Source: Candidatus Aenigmatarchaeota archaeon (GTDB lineage: Archaea > Aenigmatarchaeota > Aenigmatarchaeia > CG10238-14 > SCSR01). From it: DNA of 55,829 nt. The translations under genes and the position numbers were made by a program. Each line of letters opens with the position of its first letter. The stretch's first letter is position 1. The stretch lies in assembly GCA_039090665.1 (NCBI GenBank), contig JAWCSL010000004.1, forward strand, positions 1-55,829, given 5' to 3'. The notes beneath the pieces are model-generated. The model did not search any database, was not told where the DNA came from, and saw nothing but the letters and a program-made list of their open reading frames with translations. Positions 48,640-55,829 of the stretch are shown here, in pieces.

Positions 48640-49056
48640 ATGCAAACCGGTTGGTTCGAGCTTTCTATTCTCACGTTTCTAGCCTGGGGGGTTTGGGGAT
48701 TTGTAGGGAAGATTGCGTTCAATTATCTTGATTGGAAAGAAGTTTATTTTTTTGGGATAGTAGGCTCTTTAGTGGTTTTCTTGATTTTTTATCTAATAGC
48801 AAAACCTTCCCTTTCCATAAACATAGGTAGTTATCTTGCATTCATCGCAGGTTTTATAGGAACAAGCGCAACTCTCACATATTATCTTGCCCTTGAGCAA
48901 GGAAAAGCATGTATAATAATTCCTCTTACTGCTCTCTACCCTTTGATTACTTTAATCTTAAGCATTTTATTTTTAAGAGAAAAAATAACATTCTATCAAG
49001 GAGTAGGCATTCTGTTAGCTATCTTGGCTGTGTTTTTAATTTCACTAGAGAGGTAA
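48640..49056 (+). CDS. EamA/DMT-family small transporter
   Basis: Five TM-like segments; WGVWGF..K, PLTALYPLIT. Confidence 0.88.
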   Translation: MQTGWFELSILTFLAWGVWGFVGKIAFNYLDWKEVYFFGIVGSLVVFLIFYLIAKPSLSINIGSYLAFIAGFIGTSATLTYYLALEQGKACIIIPLTALYPLITLILSILFLREKITFYQGVGILLAILAVFLISLER

Positions 49057-49060
49057 AAAA

Positions 49061-49465
49061 ATGGTTGTGAGAAAAGAGAAGAAGCACAGAAAGTTCAGAG
49101 GCAAAAGAACTTATCATGGTAGCCACAAAAAGGCAAGAGGTGGTGGCAGCAGAGGAGGAAGAGGAAAGGCGGGTCTTCACAAGCATAAATGGAGTTATGT
49201 TGTTAAGTATGAACCAGACCATTTTGGAAAAGTTGGATTTAAACCACCAAAAAGTAAAAAGATTAAGTCGATAAATTTGAGTGAATTGGATAAAATTGCA
49301 AAAGAGAAGAATTTAGATAAGATAAATGTGGTAGAACTTGGCTATGAAAAGGTGCTAGGTAGCGGAAAACTCTCAAAACCTTTAATTATAGAAGCAAAAT
49401 TCTTTTCTAAAAAAGCTATAAAGAGAATTGAAGAAGCAGGCGGAAAAGCTGTAAAAATTGAGTGA
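49061..49465 (+). CDS. rpl15: ribosomal protein uL15
   Basis: RGGGSRGGRGKAG, FGKVGF, KVLGSG. Confidence 0.96.
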   Translation: MVVRKEKKHRKFRGKRTYHGSHKKARGGGSRGGRGKAGLHKHKWSYVVKYEPDHFGKVGFKPPKSKKIKSINLSELDKIAKEKNLDKINVVELGYEKVLGSGKLSKPLIIEAKFFSKKAIKRIEEAGGKAVKIE

Positions 49466-49469
49466 TGTG

Positions 49470-50909
49470 ATGGAAGAAAAAAAGCAAAGTCTAAATGAAA
49501 AAATAGCAAAATTTTTACCAAGTATTGAAAAGCCAACTTACCAACTTCCTTTTAATACAAAATTGAAGTGGACTATTTTTGCTTTACTTATGTATTTGGC
49601 TTTATCTTACATCACAATTTATGGCGTGGAAAAAAAAGCTTCTTATGAGTATTTCAGGTTTTATGAAATAGTCCTTGGCTCAAAGTTCGGAAGTGTGATG
49701 ACTTTAGGCATAGGACCAATTGTCACAGGCGGTATAATCTTACAACTTTTGGTTGGAGCTAAGATAATTAATTGGGATATAACAAAAGAAGAGGGAAGAA
49801 AAAAATTTCAGACATGGAGCAAATTCTTGGCTCTAATTTTTTGTGTGATTGAAGCTGCAGGCCTTGTCATAGCTGGAGTTTTACCTATAGCTGGAGATTT
49901 CCTAACAGCAATTCTAGTAATGGCTCAATTGGCTGCTGGTGGTGTGATTGCTTTACTTTTAGATGAACTTGTAAGCAAGTGGGGATTTGGCTCTGGAATA
50001 AGTCTTTTCATAGCAACAGGTGTTGCAAACCAAATCTTGATTAGAATTTTTTCACCTTTATCAGTAGTGTGTGTTGCTGGTAATTTTGCTTCTTGCATAC
50101 CAACTTCTGAACAACCACCAGCCGGCTTGATATGGGAGCTTTTCATAAATTCTTTTACAGGAAATTTAACAAATGCCTTAATGGCTGCTATGCCAATAAT
50201 AACAACTGTAGCAATTTTCTTGTTGGTGATTTACATTCAAGACATAGGTATTGATATTCCCATTTCTTTTACAGCCTTGAGAGGATTTGGAAGGACTTGG
50301 TCCCTTAAGCTCTTCTACACTAGCAATATTCCTGTCATCTTAGCAGCAGCTTTAATAGCAAATCTACAGCTTTTAGCTAGACTTAATCTACAACCTGTTA
50401 GTGCAGAGATGAGTTGTAGTGTTTTGGCTTGTTATGACAAACAAAACAATATTGTTGGTGGTATAGTTTATTATTTGACTTCACCAAGCAATCTCTTGGC
50501 TCATGCAATACAAGGAACTTTGACCTTTAACGAAATTGTAAGGGCTTTTACTTATCTGAGTTTCTTTAGCTTAATGGCAATGGTTTTCTCTGTTTTTTGG
50601 GTATCAACTTCCGGTATGGATGCTGCTTCTATTGCCGAACAACTTGAAAGCATAGGTCTTCAAATTCCAGGCTATAGGAGTGATAAAAAGTCTATGGAAG
50701 CAGTGCTCAATCGATACATTCCTTATCAAGCTGTTTTGGGCGGTCTTCTGGTTGGTGCTCTTGCAGCGATAGCAGATTTTCTTGGTGTAATAGGGAGTGG
50801 GACAGGAATGCTTTTAACTGTTATGATACTTTATAATTACTATGAGCAACTTTCAGCTGAAAATCTCGAGGGAGCTCACCCACTCGTCAAAAAGTTCTTA
50901 GGTGGATGA
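49470..50909 (+). CDS. secY: protein translocase SecY
   Basis: TLGIGPIV, KWGFGSGISLFI, YTSNIP, GTGMLL. Confidence 0.97.
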   Translation: MEEKKQSLNEKIAKFLPSIEKPTYQLPFNTKLKWTIFALLMYLALSYITIYGVEKKASYEYFRFYEIVLGSKFGSVMTLGIGPIVTGGIILQLLVGAKIINWDITKEEGRKKFQTWSKFLALIFCVIEAAGLVIAGVLPIAGDFLTAILVMAQLAAGGVIALLLDELVSKWGFGSGISLFIATGVANQILIRIFSPLSVVCVAGNFASCIPTSEQPPAGLIWELFINSFTGNLTNALMAAMPIITTVAIFLLVIYIQDIGIDIPISFTALRGFGRTWSLKLFYTSNIPVILAAALIANLQLLARLNLQPVSAEMSCSVLACYDKQNNIVGGIVYYLTSPSNLLAHAIQGTLTFNEIVRAFTYLSFFSLMAMVFSVFWVSTSGMDAASIAEQLESIGLQIPGYRSDKKSMEAVLNRYIPYQAVLGGLLVGALAAIADFLGVIGSGTGMLLTVMILYNYYEQLSAENLEGAHPLVKKFLGG

Positions 50910-51393
50910 AATGTTCGAAGCTCTTGCACAGATATTAAATTTCATCTTTTGGCCATTTACAGCCTTGCCTCCGGTGCTCTCAATTTTTCTCATAGCTTTT
51001 ATTGTAACTATATTGGTAATAGCTATAAATAGAATTTTTGTCAACAAGAATGTGGTAAAAGATCTTAAGGAAAAGATGAACGCCTTAAGAGAAGAGTTAT
51101 TAGAGGTACAAAAACAAGGAAATTTGGAAAAAGCTAAAGAAATTTTGAACGAAATAACTAAACATAACTTGAATTACATGAAACACACCTTGAAAGCTTT
51201 GTTAATATCCATAATTGTAATACTCTTAATATTGCCATGGGTTCAATACACTTACAAAAACATGCCAGTAGCAAAGCTTCCACTGGCATTGCCTTATATC
51301 GGTTCAGAGTTAAAATGGTTTATATGGTATTTTTTGGCTTCTCTTGCAGTTGGTTGGATAATAAGAAAGCTCATGGGGTGGGATTATGGCTAG
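50902..51393 (+). CDS. DUF106 / EMC3-TMCO1 (Oxa1 superfamily) protein
   Basis: TM, coiled coil, 2 TM with WFIWY; canonical position after secY. Confidence 0.88.
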   Translation: MDEMFEALAQILNFIFWPFTALPPVLSIFLIAFIVTILVIAINRIFVNKNVVKDLKEKMNALREELLEVQKQGNLEKAKEILNEITKHNLNYMKHTLKALLISIIVILLILPWVQYTYKNMPVAKLPLALPYIGSELKWFIWYFLASLAVGWIIRKLMGWDYG

Positions 51394-51637
51394 CACTGCT
51401 AAAGTCAAAGTTAAATTACCTTCTGGTAAAGTTGTGATCAAAGAGAAATGGAAGAAAGCTTCTCCTGCTAAATGTGCAGGTTGTGGTAAACCTTTGCAAG
51501 GAATTCCTAGATTGAGGCAGCAGGAGTTGAGAAAATTAAAGAAGAGTAAGAGAAAACCTGAAAGGCCTTATGGAGGCTACTTTTGCTCTGAATGCATGAG
51601 AGAAGTTTTCAGGGAAAAAGCAAGAAAGATTTCATAA
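51386..51637 (+). CDS. rpl34e: ribosomal protein eL34
   Basis: CAGCGKPLQG, PERPYGGYFCSEC. Confidence 0.94.
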   Translation: MASTAKVKVKLPSGKVVIKEKWKKASPAKCAGCGKPLQGIPRLRQQELRKLKKSKRKPERPYGGYFCSECMREVFREKARKIS

Positions 51638-51795
51638 AACATTCCTCAAATTTTTTAGATCTTTTATAACTTTGTTTTTAAGTTTTACTATTTTTTCATC
51701 ATATTCTGAAATTTGGGAAATATCTCTTATTTCTTCTTCTACCAAACTTGATGAAAAAATTTTCATCCAATATTGTTGGTGAATAAGCACACGGT

Positions 51796-52632
51796 TTAAA
51801 ATAAAACCAAACTCAAAATTCCTAAGAGCATAGGTATCGGCAAACCAGGCAAAGGAATTCTCTTCTTCCTGAGAAGATAAAGTGTGATTAAAATTCCCAA
51901 ATTGGTTGCAATCAAAGTGAAGATCATTTTCTCCAAGCCAAAGAGCATGAAAGCCACAGCTGGAAGCATTGAATAGAAGACGACATCACCAAGACCAATT
52001 TTTATGAAATCAAAGTCTAATATCAACAGAGAGAGAAAGTCTATCTTAGTCTTCAAACCTTTTTTTGTTCTTACAGGCTTACCTATGATTTTATTCAAAG
52101 GGCCTTTGAAAACTGCGTAAACATCATAAACAGAAAGCAAGAGTGGGAAAATGAAAACTGTTGGTGGTTGTAGAATGGTAGCAAAATAACCTGCTATTTC
52201 TGCTCCTATGAAAATTGAAAGGAAATTTGAAAGAAAGTGAAAGCTTTTGAAATATGCTACAAGAAAGACTAAAACAACAAGGAAGATTGAGATAAACCAA
52301 GGAAGAAGAACCGAATCTGGGAAAATTGTTGAGAAAAGAATTAAGTTGATTGAAAAAACCGAGCTTATCAGAAATCCTGTAACCAAAGCTTTGATTAAAT
52401 TGAATTTTCTCCACTTGACTAAAAAGGCCAAGAAGAACCCAAAGATGAAAATTGAGGTCAGGAGAGGTAAAGAATTTGCAATCGCCCCTTCTACACTTTT
52501 GCCAAAAGGTTCATAAACTTCTTCTGCCAAAGGGGAAGAATAGAAAACTCTTGTCACAAAGATGGCTAACAGTTGAGCGATTAAAGTAAAAGACAAGACT
52601 CTAAGAGATGCTAGCTTGAACTGCTTTTCCAT
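51796..52632 (-). CDS. presenilin/SPP-like GxGD intramembrane aspartyl protease
   Basis: YDVYAVF, GLGD, PGL (PAL-like). Confidence 0.9.
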   Translation of the reverse strand: MEKQFKLASLRVLSFTLIAQLLAIFVTRVFYSSPLAEEVYEPFGKSVEGAIANSLPLLTSIFIFGFFLAFLVKWRKFNLIKALVTGFLISSVFSINLILFSTIFPDSVLLPWFISIFLVVLVFLVAYFKSFHFLSNFLSIFIGAEIAGYFATILQPPTVFIFPLLLSVYDVYAVFKGPLNKIIGKPVRTKKGLKTKIDFLSLLILDFDFIKIGLGDVVFYSMLPAVAFMLFGLEKMIFTLIATNLGILITLYLLRKKRIPLPGLPIPMLLGILSLVLF

Positions 52633-52644
52633 ATAAATCCGGTT

Positions 52645-53004
52645 CTATTTCAAATTCTTCTCTGCTATTTCACCAGCTACCGGAAGCTTGAACCACTCAC
52701 CTTGATAAGCTTTTATCATGCAGACTATCCACACCACCACTGCAACCAAAGTGACAATACCTGAGAAGAAAAAGCCAATAAACGGAATTATTCCAAGAGC
52801 TATTGCAACCACGCTGAGTCCGATGAAAACGATTGTGGATTGTAAGGCATGGAATTTGACAAACTTACTGTCTTTTTCTAGCAGATAGAAGATAATTCCG
52901 GTGATCCATCCTAGCAGATAAGCTAGCAAAGCTTCTAAGTTTTCGTCCAAGCCCACAGATGTTTTCTTCTTAATTTCCTTTCTTTTTTCCTTTTTTCTTG
53001 GCAT
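52645..53004 (-). CDS. DUF4870 membrane protein
   Basis: ALLAYLLGWITG, FVKFHALQS, FKLPVAG. Confidence 0.9.
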   Translation of the reverse strand: MPRKKEKRKEIKKKTSVGLDENLEALLAYLLGWITGIIFYLLEKDSKFVKFHALQSTIVFIGLSVVAIALGIIPFIGFFFSGIVTLVAVVVWIVCMIKAYQGEWFKLPVAGEIAEKNLK

Positions 53005-53101
53005 TTCAATCTTCTTTATTTTTTGTCCCTTAGATTTATAAAGCTTATTTGCTAAGAATAAATTTATAAAATGTCAAATAAGTTTAATTGAGGTTTTAAA
53101 C

Positions 53102-53500
53102 ATGGGCTCTTTAGAAGTTGGCAGGGTAGTAATGAAAATTAGCGGAAGAGAGGCCGGAAAGTATGCTGTGGTAGTTAAAGGACCTGGAAAAGAAAAAGCT
53201 GAGAAAAATTTTGTGATTATAACCGGACCCAAGCTTTTGACTGGAGTTAAGAGAAGAAAGTGTAATATCAATCATTTGGAGCCTTTGCCTTATGTTCTTG
53301 AAATCAAAGAAGATGCAAGCGATGAAGAAGTTTTGGTTGCTTTTGAAAAGGCCAATTTGATAAAAAAGTTAGGGTTGAAAAAACCTTCTGCAGCTGAAAT
53401 TAAGGCTGAGAAAGCTAAAGAAGAGGAAAAGATGAAAGAAACCAATCTTGAGAAGAAAGAAGGAAAGAAAACTAAGAAAGAAAAGAAAAAACAGCAATAA
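53102..53500 (+). CDS. rpl14e: ribosomal protein eL14 with Lys/Glu-rich tail
   Basis: VGRVVMKISGREAGK, GVKRRKCNINHLEP. Confidence 0.95.
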   Translation: MGSLEVGRVVMKISGREAGKYAVVVKGPGKEKAEKNFVIITGPKLLTGVKRRKCNINHLEPLPYVLEIKEDASDEEVLVAFEKANLIKKLGLKKPSAAEIKAEKAKEEEKMKETNLEKKEGKKTKKEKKKQQ

Positions 53501-53632
53501 ATTGTTTTTGTTATTTTAAACCAATTTATCAGAACAAAAACTTGAGAGCAATGTTAAGTTCTTTTTTCCCAAAATTCAACAAGTCTTAAAGCTTAATAGG
53601 CCTAAATAAAAAATAAAGGGGGTGAGTTTTGA

Positions 53633-54607
53633 TTGTGGTTAGTAAAAAGTGAAGAAGAAACGAATGAAAAATATGGAAAAGCACCTGAAGCAAGAACAAT
53701 AGAAGAATTGATTAAAAGTTCGATAATAATTTGTGATAAGCATAGTGGTCCCACAGGAGCTTAAGCTCCGGGAAAATCACATCAAGTTACTGCTTGGGTG
53801 AAAGAAATTTTTGGTGTTAAGAAAGCAGGCCATGCTGGTACTTTAGATCCAGCTGTAACTGGTGTGCTGCCTGTAGCTCTAGAAAATGCAACAAAAGCCA
53901 TGCCCGTTTTAATGGGTTTAGAAAAAGAATATGTAGGAATAATGCATTTGCACAAAGAAGTTGATGAAAGCTTGCTAAGACAAACTGTTTTAGATTTTGT
54001 AGGGAAAATAGTTCAAGTTCCACCAGTGAAATCAGCAGTTGCAAGAAAACCTAGAATAAGAGAAATAAAGTTTTTTGATATTCTAGAAATTGAAGGTAAA
54101 GATGTTTTGTTTAAAGTCGGGTGTGAAGCAGGGACTTATGTAAGAAAGCTTGTGCATCAAGTGGGGGAAAAGCTTGGTGTTGGTGCCCACATGACAGAGC
54201 TAAGAAGAACAAGAGCAGGAAATTTCACAGAAGACCAAGCTCATCCTTTAGTTGAAATAAAAGATGCTTATGAATTTTGGAAAGAGGGAAATGAAAAGCT
54301 TTTGAGAGAGATTTTGATTCCTGTTGAATATGCAATTCTACATGTCAAAAAAGTTTTTGTTAAAGATTCTGCTATTGATTCAATTTGTCATGGTTCTCCT
54401 GTTTTTGTTTCTGGATTGAGCAGAATTCAAGAAGGTATAGTTAGGGGTGAAACTGTTGCTGTTTACAGTTTGAAGAACGAACTTGTTGCTTTAGGAATAG
54501 CCAAAATGGATAGCAAGGAAATGTATGAAAAAAAGAAGGGTTTGGCTATAAGAACGGATAGAGTTTTTATGGAGATTGGAACATATCCTTCAAGGAGAAG
54601 TGATTAG
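53633..54607 (+). CDS. cbf5: H/ACA pseudouridine synthase Cbf5, two exons (53633-53754, 53776-54607)
   Basis: TTG start after GGTGAG; exon 1 MWLVKSEEET..ICDKHSGPT joins SHQVTAW..GHAGTLDP..GTYVR..PUA. Confidence 0.93.
53755..53775 (+). other. 21-nt bulge-helix-bulge mRNA intron in cbf5
   Basis: GTGG-TCCC-AC^A-GGAGC-TTAA-GCTCC-GGGA-AA^A-TCAC; in-frame TAA inside; removal restores GPT-SHQV. Confidence 0.9.
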
Positions 54608-55248
54608 AAAATTATGTCTGTTAGTTTGATGTAAATTGTAACTAAAAGCTGCAACAATCTTGAAATTCTGAATTTTTTGCCATAGCCTCTAAAGAATTCT
54701 GTTTTTGCTTCTTCACTTTTTAAACTTGAAACAAAAGAAAGGACATCACAAAAAACCAAAAATTTTTTTGATCTTGAAGATTTCCTGAAAAGCTCTAGGT
54801 CTGTTCTTACTATATTGCCATCAAACATCCAGTTGCTTGACCTGTTATCTATGAAGTAAAAATTTTTATCGTTTAGCCTTCTTGTAATTTCTCCTATTTT
54901 TCTCACAATTTTCAAAACTTTTCTAGGGTTTTCAATCTCAAGATCATCTATTGTCAAAGCTTTTGCATCAAATTCCTCTTCCACAAATTTTTCTGAAAAA
55001 GAGAAGGATAAAATCCTTGTGGTCTTGATTCCCATTGAAGATAAAACTTTTCTTCCAAAAAGCTCGTTAGAAATTTTCCTTTTTGGTGAAATTGGCACTA
55101 TCAAGCGAAAGAAAAAAGTAGAAAAAGCAAGAAGGGCTAAATCGTGAAGAATATAGCCATAAACTGAAGGATAAAATTTAACAACTTTTCTTTTAATCAA
55201 CAAAATTTTCCTACTTGAAGCATGTCTAAACTTTTCTTCAGCTCTCAC
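54604..55248 (-). CDS. hypothetical protein, possible kinase-like fold
   Basis: VVKFY..FIDNRSSNW..TDLE. Confidence 0.6.
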   Translation of the reverse strand: MRAEEKFRHASSRKILLIKRKVVKFYPSVYGYILHDLALLAFSTFFFRLIVPISPKRKISNELFGRKVLSSMGIKTTRILSFSFSEKFVEEEFDAKALTIDDLEIENPRKVLKIVRKIGEITRRLNDKNFYFIDNRSSNWMFDGNIVRTDLELFRKSSRSKKFLVFCDVLSFVSSLKSEEAKTEFFRGYGKKFRISRLLQLLVTIYIKLTDIIF

Positions 55249-55269
55249 AATAAAAATTTGGTTTTTTGT

Positions 55270-55655
55270 AAAAAAATAATCACAGCTCTTATTTATGAAT
55301 GGGCTTTTGGTCTTGCTACTATGATATTCGCCAAAGTTTCCCTATTTAAAATTCACCCATTCACTTCTTTCTTCTACCCTTCTCTTATGGTTTGGTTATA
55401 TCATTTTCATTGACAACATTGTATTCTATTTAAAAGAAAATTCTCTACTAACAAGAAATCCTAAAAAACAATTTTTTGTACATACTTTCCGTGATTTTTG
55501 GCTGAGCTTTGAAATTTACAATCTTTTTCTTCAAGGTTGGAAATAGTGAACTTGAAATGGTTGTTGGTGTGGTTGCTTTTACCACATTCTTCTTACAATT
55601 TTTGAGACTGCAGAATTAATTAAAAGTTTCATCTTTTTGATAAAGTTAAAGCATC
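55270..55655 (+). pseudogene. decayed multi-pass membrane protein gene
   Basis: Across frameshifts and stops: LWFGYIIFIDNIVFYLKENSLLTRNPK / IFWLSFEIYNLFLQGWK* / TIFETAELI. Confidence 0.55.
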
Positions 55656-55829
55656 GAAAAATGGAAATAATTACAAACAAAAAAATAAAAGATATAAAAG
55701 TTGGGATGAGCAACATAAGCGAAGATTACTGATATTTCAAAAACTTGTGATGTTCGAATAAAGTATGGTAAGAGAAGTGTGTAGAAATAACAATTTAAGA
55801 TGATGCTGGAATAGGTCTAAGCTTTTGGG

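Noticed and set aside
53756-53776. cbf5 as a pseudogene, stop-codon readthrough, or GTG start at 53798
   Set aside because: The insert is an exact BHB whose removal restores the conserved motif. Readthrough would leave 7 extra residues in GPT/SH, and the late start would drop the conserved N-terminus.

Overview
AT-rich archaeal chromosome segment, most consistent with a DPANN lineage (Aenigmarchaeota-like). The assignment is inferred from a fused PriS-PriL primase, a DPANN-type uS5 insertion, a divergent enolase and shortened r-proteins. The window holds replication/transcription genes (TIP49, PCNA, small RPA subunit, TFS, primase, GINS), a chorismate mutase-pheA-aminotransferase operon, lower glycolysis genes, tyrS/serS, and two tRNAs (Ser-GGA, Gly-TCC). 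It also holds the S10-spc ribosomal superoperon, split between uS14 and uS8 into two divergent halves and interrupted by inserted genes and relics. The top observation is that cbf5 (53633..54607) is interrupted in its conserved GPT/SH motif by a 21-nt, stop-containing insert that folds into a canonical bulge-helix-bulge, i.e. a tRNA-endonuclease-type mRNA intron in a probable DPANN archaeon. Other points: a decayed copy of the rpl23 3' end flanking an insertion, a secreted mucin-like protein with a defensin/scorpion-toxin-like Cys motif, a stand-alone HPF-like protein, a tyrA relic, unannotated small ORFs, and palindromes at the primase and rpl19e starts. All calls come from reading the sequence by eye; no searches were run.
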